From a virus (taxonomy: Duplodnaviria; Caudoviricetes): a stretch of DNA of 52,452 nt. A program made the translations under genes and the position numbers. Location of the stretch: IMG/VR virus record IMGVR_UViG_3300042923_000082, positions 1 through 52,452 of that record. One strand, 5' to 3'. Below, piece after piece: positions 28,682-37,396 of the stretch. The notes beneath the pieces are model-generated. The model was not told the origin of the DNA and searched no databases. It worked only from the letters and a program-made list of their open reading frames with translations. The stretch's first letter is position 1; each line of letters opens with the position of its first letter.

Positions 28682-28682
28682 C

Positions 28683-28712
28683 ACGCAGAAATTACAAGCA
28701 CTATTATGAGAA
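28683..28712 (+). promoter_or_regulatory. Promoter-like motif P7
   Basis: ACGC AGAAATT ACA AGCAC TATTATGAGAA. Confidence 0.8.
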
Positions 28713-28740
28713 ATACTTATTTTGAAAGGGGATTATTAAA

Positions 28741-29025
28741 ATGGAAGAAATGAATAAAGAAATAATGGAAAACGGAGCAATAGAAATAGTAGAGGAAGTT
28801 ACTGATAAATTAACTTTTGGACAAAATTGTTTGGCATATGCATTAGCAGGAACATTTGTAATAGGAGTAACTACAGTTGGTTATTTAGGTTATAGAGGAA
28901 CTAAAATGTTAGTCAATAAGATTAAGGACAAAAAGAAAATCACAGTAGAAGAATCTGGAGAAGATATTGTTGACGTTGAAGAGGAAGATATTCAAGAGGA
29001 CGTGAATGAATCTGAAGATAAATAG
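28741..29025 (+). CDS. Single-TM protein with acidic C-terminus
   Basis: SD AAGGGG; TM segment LAYALAGTFVIGVTTVGYLGY. Confidence 0.75.
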   Translation: MEEMNKEIMENGAIEIVEEVTDKLTFGQNCLAYALAGTFVIGVTTVGYLGYRGTKMLVNKIKDKKKITVEESGEDIVDVEEEDIQEDVNESEDK

Positions 29026-29032
29026 GATTTAT

Positions 29033-29067
29033 AAAGAATAGGGGCTTATACAAGTTCTTATTCTTTT
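29033..29067 (+). terminator. Terminator
   Basis: AAAGAATAGGGGCT TATACA AGTTCTTATTCTTT. Confidence 0.7.
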
Positions 29068-29102
29068 GTCTTTATCCAAATATAAATGGTGGAGGAACGA
29101 GT

Positions 29103-29711
29103 ATGCAAAATTATAAACCAAACTCTAGATCATCAAAAGTTGGAACAATTGGTGAAGAAAAAGAGGAGATTAAGAAAGAAAAAGTTGAGAAGATAGTACA
29201 AGGTGTTGCTAAGTCTAAAAAGAAAAACGGATTTCTAGGTATGTTTATGACTGGTGACGTATTAGATATAAAAGATTATATAATGCAGGATGTATTGATA
29301 CCAGCTATTAAAAATGCTATAGAGGATACTATAACTAATGGTATATCTATGATGTTAAATGGTGGGGAACCTAGAAGAAATATTAGAAAATCGACAGCGT
29401 CTTCTAGAGTATCATATAGATCATATTACGAACGAGAAGATAGGGAAAGAGATAGTAGACCTAGATCTGGCGGCTATTCTTATGATGATATACTACTTGA
29501 GTCTAGAGCAGATGCTGAGGATGTTATATTAAGATTAAACGAAATAATTGATATGTACGAAATGGCATCTGTAGCTGATTTATACGACCTTGTAGGGATG
29601 AGTGGACAACATACAGATAATAAATATGGTTGGACCGATGTACGTTCAGCTACTCACATTAGAGTTAGGGATGGATATTTATTGAAAATGCCAAGAGCAA
29701 AACCTTTGTAG
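29103..29711 (+). CDS. Hypothetical protein
   Basis: SD GGAGG; C-terminal SVADLYDLVG...YGWTD domain. Confidence 0.75.
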   Translation: MQNYKPNSRSSKVGTIGEEKEEIKKEKVEKIVQGVAKSKKKNGFLGMFMTGDVLDIKDYIMQDVLIPAIKNAIEDTITNGISMMLNGGEPRRNIRKSTASSRVSYRSYYEREDRERDSRPRSGGYSYDDILLESRADAEDVILRLNEIIDMYEMASVADLYDLVGMSGQHTDNKYGWTDVRSATHIRVRDGYLLKMPRAKPL

Positions 29712-29750
29712 ATTACTATTAAAACTAAATTCGAAAGGAAATGATGAAAA

Positions 29751-30002
29751 ATGAGTAATTACTCATCTATAGATGAAATTGTGTTGGAAACTAGGGAAGT
29801 GGCAGAGGAAGTAATATTTAACATAAATAAAGTGATGGATACGTATGGTTCAGTTGCCGTTGCGGACGTATATGACATTTGTGGATTGGTGTCTGATTAT
29901 AAAGCAGGAGCATATGGTTGGACTGACGTTAGTTCAGCTAAAGTTGAAACATGTAAAAATGGATACATGATAAAAATAGACTCACCAACAAAATTTAAAT
30001 AA
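29751..30002 (+). CDS. Stand-alone paralog of the C-terminal domain of 29103..29711
   Basis: AVADVYDICG...YGWTDV. Confidence 0.7.
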   Translation: MSNYSSIDEIVLETREVAEEVIFNINKVMDTYGSVAVADVYDICGLVSDYKAGAYGWTDVSSAKVETCKNGYMIKIDSPTKFK

Positions 30003-30019
30003 GAGAGGAAATGATATAA

Positions 30020-30934
30020 ATGAATAAATTAAAATTACAACAAACTTTTAACAAATATAAATTCAAGACTATAAAGAATTCACCACAAATACTTATGTAT
30101 GCAGGAGCTATTGGAGTTGTAGTATCGGGAGTATTGGCTTGTAAAGCAACGTTAAAGCTTACTGGGATATTAGAAGAATCTAGAATTTCACTAAATAAAA
30201 TAACTGAAGTTGAAAATGATGAAACTATAAATTATACAAACGAAGATGCTAGAAAAGATAAAGCTATAGTATATACCTCAACTGCTTTAGATATTGCTAA
30301 GATTTATTCGCCTTCTATAATATTAGGTGGAGTATCAATAGTAGCTATGATTCAATCTCATAATATATTAAACAGAAGAAATGCTGCATTAGCTGCTGCT
30401 TTCGCAACGGTATCTGAATCCTTCTCTAAATATAGAAAAGCAGTAGTTGATAAATATGGAGAAAGAGCTGACTATGAATTTAAGCATGGGATTAGATCTG
30501 AGAAGATTGAAGTAGAAGAGACTGATGAAAATGGTAAGACTAAGAAGAAAAAAGTAAGTGTTGATGTTATCGATGGATTAGACGGGTATAGTGACTATGC
30601 TAGATTCTATGACGATGGTTGTGTTGGTTGGGAGAAGGATCCTGACTATAATAAAATGTTCCTAAAAGCTCAACAACAGTATGCTAATGATAGATTAGTA
30701 GCTCAAGGATATTTATTCTTAAACGACGTTTACAGAATGCTAGGAATCCCAGATTCTAAAGCAGGCCAAATTGTAGGTTGGACATACGATCCTGAAAATC
30801 CAAAGGGTGATAACTATGTTGACTTCGGTATATTCGATGTAAGTAAAGAAAATTCTAGGGATTTTGTTAATGGATACGAGGCAACTATATTACTAGATTT
30901 TAATGTTGATGGAAATGTTTGGGAATATATGTGA
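30020..30934 (+). CDS. DUF6353-like protein, paralog 3
   Basis: SPQIL...ACKAT...GYLFLNDVYRMLG...GQIVGW...LDFNVDG. Confidence 0.75.
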   Translation: MNKLKLQQTFNKYKFKTIKNSPQILMYAGAIGVVVSGVLACKATLKLTGILEESRISLNKITEVENDETINYTNEDARKDKAIVYTSTALDIAKIYSPSIILGGVSIVAMIQSHNILNRRNAALAAAFATVSESFSKYRKAVVDKYGERADYEFKHGIRSEKIEVEETDENGKTKKKKVSVDVIDGLDGYSDYARFYDDGCVGWEKDPDYNKMFLKAQQQYANDRLVAQGYLFLNDVYRMLGIPDSKAGQIVGWTYDPENPKGDNYVDFGIFDVSKENSRDFVNGYEATILLDFNVDGNVWEYM

Positions 30935-31076
30935 GAGAGAAATGGCTTGGGGTCAGGTGATTCATATAAGGATATGCTTGACTACTCCGGCTTATTATAC
31001 GATGAAGAATCAGAACCCGAAACCATACTAACCACAAGAATAATTTTAAGCACATTATAATTAGGAGGAATAGAAT

Positions 31077-31634
31077 ATGAAAAGTTTATTAATGTTTACA
31101 TCTGGTATTGTTGTAGGAGCTGGTGTATCATGGATATACCATAAGAATAAATACGAGGAGATGGTTCAAGAAGAGGTTGAATCACTAAGAGAACGTAGTA
31201 AAAAGAAAGAAGTTAAAACTAAAGTTTCTTCAGAATACGGAGAAACAAAAAAAGAGGAAGAATGCGATTATATGGCAGAAGAAAATAGAAGAAATGAAGA
31301 GTATGAAGTAATTCTTCATAATAATAACTATATATATGGCGAGCCAAAAAATAAAGACGATAGACCACCATTCATAGTTACACCTCAAGAATTTTCATCT
31401 TTACCAGAGTTTGATACTGACACTTTATATTACTATATAAACGACATCATAGCAAATGATAGTAACGAGATAGTAGATGATGTTGAACGAATCTTAGGAA
31501 TGTCGGCTGAAAAAGTAAAAGAACAGTTTGGAGTATATGAAGATGATTCAGTGTTCATTAGAAATATACAATTAAAGTGTGATTATGAAATATTAAGAGA
31601 AGACACAGAATATTTAAGAAGGAATGGTGATTAA
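31077..31634 (+). CDS. Hypothetical protein with N-terminal membrane anchor
   Basis: SD AGGAGG; LMFTSGIVVGAGVSW. Confidence 0.75.
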   Translation: MKSLLMFTSGIVVGAGVSWIYHKNKYEEMVQEEVESLRERSKKKEVKTKVSSEYGETKKEEECDYMAEENRRNEEYEVILHNNNYIYGEPKNKDDRPPFIVTPQEFSSLPEFDTDTLYYYINDIIANDSNEIVDDVERILGMSAEKVKEQFGVYEDDSVFIRNIQLKCDYEILREDTEYLRRNGD

Positions 31635-32170
31635 TGAAAAAGATTAATAATAAGTATTTTGAGTGGTTATGTAGTAAAATAATAGATGATGAATCAAATG
31701 TTAAATATTCTAAATTGATGAGTCATCTATATGATTCTATATTTATACCTAGAATGGATATGGATACTAATAGAGCTGAAGACGGTAAAGATCTAAGATA
31801 TAGATTTGGAGTTGAATGTGACGAATCGAAAAATGACTTATTTAAATATATAGATCTTAATGCTGAGTGTAGAATGTTAGAAATGATGATAGCTTTATCT
31901 ATAAGATGTGAGGAATCTATAATGACTGACGACGAATTTGGAGATCGAACAGGGTCTTGGTTCTGGAATATGATAGTTTCCCTAGGTCTTGGAACTATGA
32001 ACGATTCAAGGTATGATGAGAGGTATGTAAATGTAGTTTTGGAAAGATTCATGGAGAGACAATATAAAAGAAATGGTGAAGGAGGACTATTTACAATAGA
32101 TGGTATAAAAAAAGATATGAGAAATGTTGAAATATGGTATCAGATGTGTTGGTACTTAGATTACTTATAA
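31634..32170 (+). CDS. Hypothetical protein
   Basis: Translationally coupled; YFEWL...NRAEDG..LR...GGLF...EIWYQ. Confidence 0.75.
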   Translation: MKKINNKYFEWLCSKIIDDESNVKYSKLMSHLYDSIFIPRMDMDTNRAEDGKDLRYRFGVECDESKNDLFKYIDLNAECRMLEMMIALSIRCEESIMTDDEFGDRTGSWFWNMIVSLGLGTMNDSRYDERYVNVVLERFMERQYKRNGEGGLFTIDGIKKDMRNVEIWYQMCWYLDYL

Positions 32171-32255
32171 AATGTATATAGATGGATAAATAACGAATGG
32201 GGGAGTTAAAATGATAAACATAACACCCGGAGAATCAGAACGAAGGAGGTAACTT

Positions 32256-35200
32256 ATGCTTGACTTTTTAGTTGTGTCTTCTAGAAGTACTAAACGTGGT
32301 TGCATAGAAGTATATCCTAAATTTATAATAAAAAAGAGTTCTGATTTGATGGTTAGAGGTGGCGATTTTTACGCAATTTGGAATGAAAATAGAGGTCTAT
32401 GGTGTACTGATGAAAACGACGCATTGATGCTTATAGACAAGGAATTAGATGATTATGCTGAGAAAAATAAAGGAGCTTTCAATTCCGAAGTTAAGGTATT
32501 ACACATGTGGGATGCTGAAACTGGAATGATAGATAACTGGCATAAATATTGTCAAAAACAAATGAGAGATAACTATATATCTCTTGACGAACGAATCATA
32601 TTCTCAAATAGTGAGTCTAATAAAAAAGAGTATGCTAGTAAAATGTTAGATTATCCTTTAATAAGTGGATCATATTCCGGGTATGATAAACTTATAGGAA
32701 CTCTATACAGTGAAGAAGAACGTCATAAGATTGAATGGGCTATAGGAGCAGTAATAACTGGTGCATCTAAGCATATTCAAAAATTTATGGTGTTCTATGG
32801 TTCAGCAGGTGCTGGTAAGAGTACTATACTAAATATAATACAAGAATTATTTCATGGATACTATTCAGTGTTTGATGCTAAAGCCCTTGGCTCATCGAGT
32901 AATTCATTTGCATTGGAATCATTTAAGGGTAATCCACTTGTAGCAATTCAACATGATGGTGATCTATCTAAAATTGAAGATAATACAAGACTTAATAGTT
33001 TAGTATCTCATGAGTTAATGACAGTTAATGAAAAGTTTAAATCAACCTATGCTTCCAAGTTTAAATGTTTCTTATTTATGGGCACAAATAAACCAGTCAA
33101 GATAACCGATGCTAAGTCAGGGTTAATAAGAAGACTTATTGATGTTGTTCCTTCTGGAAATAAAGTTGCTAATGCTGAATATAATTCCATAATGTCAAAT
33201 ATAAAGTTTGAGCTAAGTGGAATAGCGTATCATTGCAAGGAAGTATTTGAATCTAATCCTAATTATTATGATGGATATATTCCTGTAAATATGTTAGGTG
33301 CTTCAAATGATTTCTACAATTTTATTCTAGATGCTTATTATGTATTTTCTAAAGATGACACCACAACCTTAAAAGCTGGTTGGGAGATGTATAAAAACTA
33401 TTGTGTAGATTCGAATATACAATATCCATTTTCACAAAGAGCATTTAAGGAGGAACTTAGAAATTACTTTAACGAGTTTAGAGAAAGAGATGCTATAGAT
33501 GGAAATAGAGTTAGAAATGTATATGTTGGTTTTAAGAAAGATATATTTATAGAGAATAAAGAAATTGATACTGTTGGAGATTTAGAAGAATACTCAATAG
33601 AATTTATAGAGGGTATCGAATCTATATTTGACAAAGAATTAAAAGACTGCAAAGCTCAATTAGCTAATGCAGAAGAAATACCATCATATAAATGGGACAA
33701 AGTTGATTCATCATTAAGTCAAATAAATACTAAAAAATTACATTATGTTAGAGTTCCACTTAATCATATAGTAATAGACTTTGATATCCCAGATGGAAAC
33801 GGTAAGAAATCATTTGAATTAAATTTAAAGGCGGCTAATAAATGGCCAAAAACATACTCTGAATTAAGTAAGAGTGGAGCAGGTATTCATCTTCATTATA
33901 TTTATACTGGAGATGCTAGTAAATTAAGTAGGGTGTACGATGAGCATGTTGAGGTAAAGATATTCAATGGTAATTCATCTCTTAGAAGAAAATTGACAAA
34001 ATGTAACGATCTTCCTATAAGTGAAATAAGTTCTGGATTACCTTTAAAGAAAGGGGACAATATGATTGACAATAATATAATTAAAAATGAAAAAATGTTA
34101 CGTATCATGGTTAAGAAAAACCTAAACAAGGAGATACATCAAGGTACTAAACCAAGTGTTGACTTTATATATAAGAATTTAGAGGATGCTAAAAAAGAAG
34201 GTTTTTCATATGATGTTACTGATTTGAGAAACTCAGTATTAGCATTCGCAGCTAATAGTAGTCACCAAGCTGATTATTGTATTAAGCTTGTAAATAAAAT
34301 GAACTTTAAATCCGAGGAAAGAAGCGACTCAGTTTCAAGTAAAAAAGATGAAATCATATTCTTTGACTGTGAAGTATTTCCTAATCTGTTCTTAGTAAAC
34401 TGGAAAATAAGAGGTGAAGGTAAACCAGTTGTTAGAATGATAAACCCAAAACCACAAGATATAGAAGAATTACTAAATTTCAATTTAGTAGGATTCAATT
34501 GTCGAAGATATGATAATCATATGTTGTATGGATGTCTGATGGGATATACTAATATTCAGTTATATAATCTGTCTCAGAAGATAATATCTGGGGTTAAAGG
34601 TTGTATGTTTGGAGAGGCGTATAATTTATCTTACACTGATGTATATGACTTTGCTTCAGCTCCTAATAAACAATCACTTAAGAAATATGAAATACAATTA
34701 GGATTAAAACATCACGAGTTGGGATTACCATGGGATCAACCAATACCAGAGGATATGTGGATTAAAGTTGCTGAATATTGTGATGATGATGTGTTAGCTA
34801 CTGAGGCTACTTTCAACTACTTAGAAAATGACTGGACAGCTAGAAAGATATTAGCTAAGATGGCTGATAAATCAGTAAACGACTCAACAAATTCCCTATC
34901 TACAAAGATAGTATTTGGTAATAATAGGAAACCACAAGACGAGTTTAATTATAGAGATATGTCTAAACCTGTATATTTTCCAGACGACTTAAAGTGGACT
35001 CCAGAAGAAGATCCTGATGGATATTTTGATGATATGGATAAGGTACCTTTTGATGAGGTAAACCTACCAATGTATGAATTTATAAAAGAAAACAATATAC
35101 TACCATTGAAATTCACAGCTTATAATGGTGAAAAGAGTGTATTACCATTCTTCCCAGGATATAAATTTGAATTTGGTAAATCTACTTATAGAGGTGAAGA

Positions 35201-36278
35201 AGCTGGAGAAGGTGGATTTGTATATGCCGAACCAGGTATATATCACGATGTTGCATTATTAGACGTAGCTTCTATGCATCCAACTTCTATGATAACAGAG
35301 TGTGTGTTCGGTCCTAAATATACTGGAAGATTTAGGGATATTGTACAATCTAGAATAGCTATAAAACATAACGATACTGACTCTATAAAGACTCTATTAG
35401 ACGGGTTATTATTTGAAGTATTGAAAGAAGGGACATACTCTACCAAAGCATTAGGAGTAGCTTTGAAAACTCCTATCAATTCGGCATATGGATTAACTAG
35501 TGCTTCTTTTGAAAACCCTTTCAGAGACCCAAGAAACAAAGATAATATAGTGGCTAAGCGTGGAGCATTATTCATGATTGATCTATTAAATGAGGTTAAA
35601 TCTTTAGGATTTACGGTTGCTCATATTAAAACAGATTCTATAAAGATACCTAATGCTACTCCTGAGATAATAAAACGTGTTATGGAATTTGGTAAGCAAT
35701 ATGGATATACATTTGAACATGAGGCTACTTACGAGAAGATATGTTTAGTAAATGATGCAGTATATGTAGCTAAATATGCTGATAAGGAAAAATGTGAGAA
35801 ACTATATGGATATATTCCAGGGGATAATTACGAACATGGTGACGAATGGACAGCTACTGGTACACAATTCCAAGTACCATATGTATTCAAGAAGTTGTTT
35901 AGTAAAGAACCAATAGAATTTGAAGATCTATGTGAGACTAAGTCTGTAAGTTCATGTATGTATTTAAACATGAATACTGATATTCCAAATGAGGAAGTTA
36001 AAGTCGAAGATATGCAATTTATAGGTAAGGTTGGAGCTTTCACACCCATGAAGAAAGGATATGGAGGTAATTTATTAAGACAAGCTGTTGATAAAAACAC
36101 TGGAGATTTCAAATATGGTTATGTAAATGGTAGTAAAGGATATTACTGGTTAGAGAGTGACATGGTCAAGGAATTAAATAAGGAAGAATATATAGACCGA
36201 ACTATATATAACGAATTAGTAAATGATGCAGTTAAGACTATTAGTAAATATGGGGATTTTGAACAATTTGTAGATTAG
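32256..36278 (+). CDS. Fused SF3 helicase - AEP primase/polymerase - family B DNA polymerase with 3'-5' exonuclease
   Basis: YGSAGAGKS Walker A, FMGTN; VIDFDI and SKSGAGIHLHY (prim-pol); FFDCEV, FNCRRYD, YCDDDV (Exo I-III); DVASMHP, KTPINSAYG, KTDS (PolB A-C). Confidence 0.9.
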   Translation: MLDFLVVSSRSTKRGCIEVYPKFIIKKSSDLMVRGGDFYAIWNENRGLWCTDENDALMLIDKELDDYAEKNKGAFNSEVKVLHMWDAETGMIDNWHKYCQKQMRDNYISLDERIIFSNSESNKKEYASKMLDYPLISGSYSGYDKLIGTLYSEEERHKIEWAIGAVITGASKHIQKFMVFYGSAGAGKSTILNIIQELFHGYYSVFDAKALGSSSNSFALESFKGNPLVAIQHDGDLSKIEDNTRLNSLVSHELMTVNEKFKSTYASKFKCFLFMGTNKPVKITDAKSGLIRRLIDVVPSGNKVANAEYNSIMSNIKFELSGIAYHCKEVFESNPNYYDGYIPVNMLGASNDFYNFILDAYYVFSKDDTTTLKAGWEMYKNYCVDSNIQYPFSQRAFKEELRNYFNEFRERDAIDGNRVRNVYVGFKKDIFIENKEIDTVGDLEEYSIEFIEGIESIFDKELKDCKAQLANAEEIPSYKWDKVDSSLSQINTKKLHYVRVPLNHIVIDFDIPDGNGKKSFELNLKAANKWPKTYSELSKSGAGIHLHYIYTGDASKLSRVYDEHVEVKIFNGNSSLRRKLTKCNDLPISEISSGLPLKKGDNMIDNNIIKNEKMLRIMVKKNLNKEIHQGTKPSVDFIYKNLEDAKKEGFSYDVTDLRNSVLAFAANSSHQADYCIKLVNKMNFKSEERSDSVSSKKDEIIFFDCEVFPNLFLVNWKIRGEGKPVVRMINPKPQDIEELLNFNLVGFNCRRYDNHMLYGCLMGYTNIQLYNLSQKIISGVKGCMFGEAYNLSYTDVYDFASAPNKQSLKKYEIQLGLKHHELGLPWDQPIPEDMWIKVAEYCDDDVLATEATFNYLENDWTARKILAKMADKSVNDSTNSLSTKIVFGNNRKPQDEFNYRDMSKPVYFPDDLKWTPEEDPDGYFDDMDKVPFDEVNLPMYEFIKENNILPLKFTAYNGEKSVLPFFPGYKFEFGKSTYRGEEAGEGGFVYAEPGIYHDVALLDVASMHPTSMITECVFGPKYTGRFRDIVQSRIAIKHNDTDSIKTLLDGLLFEVLKEGTYSTKALGVALKTPINSAYGLTSASFENPFRDPRNKDNIVAKRGALFMIDLLNEVKSLGFTVAHIKTDSIKIPNATPEIIKRVMEFGKQYGYTFEHEATYEKICLVNDAVYVAKYADKEKCEKLYGYIPGDNYEHGDEWTATGTQFQVPYVFKKLFSKEPIEFEDLCETKSVSSCMYLNMNTDIPNEEVKVEDMQFIGKVGAFTPMKKGYGGNLLRQAVDKNTGDFKYGYVNGSKGYYWLESDMVKELNKEEYIDRTIYNELVNDAVKTISKYGDFEQFVD

Positions 36279-36302
36279 GGGGTGATTCTATGTCACCCTT
36301 AG
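36276..36302 (+). terminator. Hairpin after the polymerase gene
   Basis: TAGGGGGTGA TTCTATG TCACCCTTA. Confidence 0.5.
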
Positions 36303-36369
36303 CCTTGCCTTTGGTTATGATTATATCTATTATATTAGTAGTAATTTTAATATTTTAGGAGGTTATTTA

Positions 36370-36582
36370 ATGAAAAAAATATTGGTATTTAATACCGGAA
36401 ATTTAGTTGGAGTAGCAAAGATTCCAGAACCAGATAAAAATGAACTAGTTAGTCTTTATGAGAAATGGACAATAGAGAACAATGAAACTGCTAATCTTTT
36501 GTACTTTGTAGATATGAATTATGCCATAGTTATACCTGAAAGTACAGTTCAGTATTTTAGAGAAATAGACGAAATGATTTAA
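36370..36582 (+). CDS. Hypothetical protein, paralog of 44194..44511
   Basis: [14 protein letters not shown] vs NVLYFQDMDYGLII. Confidence 0.7.
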   Translation: MKKILVFNTGNLVGVAKIPEPDKNELVSLYEKWTIENNETANLLYFVDMNYAIVIPESTVQYFREIDEMI

Positions 36583-36608
36583 AAATAAATAAAAAGGTGG
36601 AGATAAAA

Positions 36609-37103
36609 ATGAAAAACAATAATTTAATAATCGAGGATGCTAGAATAATATTTAGAAACTTTGCAGGGGCTGAAGGTAAATATAATAGAGCAGGCGATAG
36701 AAACTTTGGAGTTGTGTTAGACGATTCAAGAGATGCAGAGAGATTATCTTTAGATGGTTGGAATGTCAAGGTATTAAAACCTAGAGACGAAGAAGATGAA
36801 CCTACTCATTATTTACCAGTAACTGTTAATATGGACGGAATGAATCCTCCCAAAGTAAATATGGTCACTAAAAGAAATATAGTTGAATTAGATGGTGAGA
36901 GTATAGAGACTCTCGACTTCGTTGAAATAGCAAATGTAGATGTTACAATTAGACCTTACGACTGGGAAGTTAATGGTAAGACCGGTAGAAAGGCATATTT
37001 GAAGAATATGTATGTTAAGATAGTGGAAGATGATTTAGCTAGAAAATATACTAATGGTTACGATGACGACGAACCTATGGAATCCTTTAGTTATATACGC
37101 TAG
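36609..37103 (+). CDS. Probable single-stranded DNA-binding protein
   Basis: [10 protein letters not shown]...DVTIRPYDW...KAYL; acidic tail; located in the replication module. Confidence 0.7.
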   Translation: MKNNNLIIEDARIIFRNFAGAEGKYNRAGDRNFGVVLDDSRDAERLSLDGWNVKVLKPRDEEDEPTHYLPVTVNMDGMNPPKVNMVTKRNIVELDGESIETLDFVEIANVDVTIRPYDWEVNGKTGRKAYLKNMYVKIVEDDLARKYTNGYDDDEPMESFSYIR

Positions 37104-37126
37104 ATTTACAAGCTCTATTATGAGAA
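37097..37126 (+). promoter_or_regulatory. Promoter-like motif P8
   Basis: ACGC TAGATTT ACA AGCTC TATTATGAGAA. Confidence 0.8.
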
Positions 37127-37146
37127 ATATTTAGGAGATGATTATT

Positions 37147-37348
37147 ATGAATGAAAAAGTAAAGTATATAATTGAACTATCTAAGTTGGTGAATAACATG
37201 ACTGAAAGAGGAGCTACACAAATAGAAATATTAAATGTTGGTTAGTTTTTCAAGGCGGTTATGACCACTATCATGGAATGTGACTATATATATATATATA
37301 TATGAATTTGATATTTTGAGAGAATATCGAGATAAATATTGTAAATAA
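37147..37348 (+). pseudogene. Disrupted small gene resembling a helical segment of the phage RNAP
   Basis: SD AGGAG; in-frame TAG at 37243 and a (TA)9 tract; SKLVNNMTERGAT vs RNAP SNLITDMTLKGAS. Confidence 0.55.
37285..37302. repeat. (TA)9 microsatellite
   Basis: Directly visible. Confidence 0.9.
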
Positions 37349-37373
37349 AGTTGGAGCTTCGGCTCTTCCTTTT
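37347..37373 (+). terminator. Terminator
   Basis: GGAGC TTCG GCTCT + TCCTTTT. Confidence 0.7.
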
Positions 37374-37396
37374 AATTTTATAAAAAGGAGGTCGAT

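Noticed and set aside
25251-28712. Recurring 30-nt motif as a CRISPR array
   Set aside because: Copies are degenerate and irregularly spaced (170-1400 nt), and the intervals contain genes with SDs and terminators
37243-37245. Genome-wide TAG reassignment suggested by the in-frame TAG
   Set aside because: TAG ends many well-defined genes (terL, major tail, polymerase, thyX) and long genes are intact under the standard code
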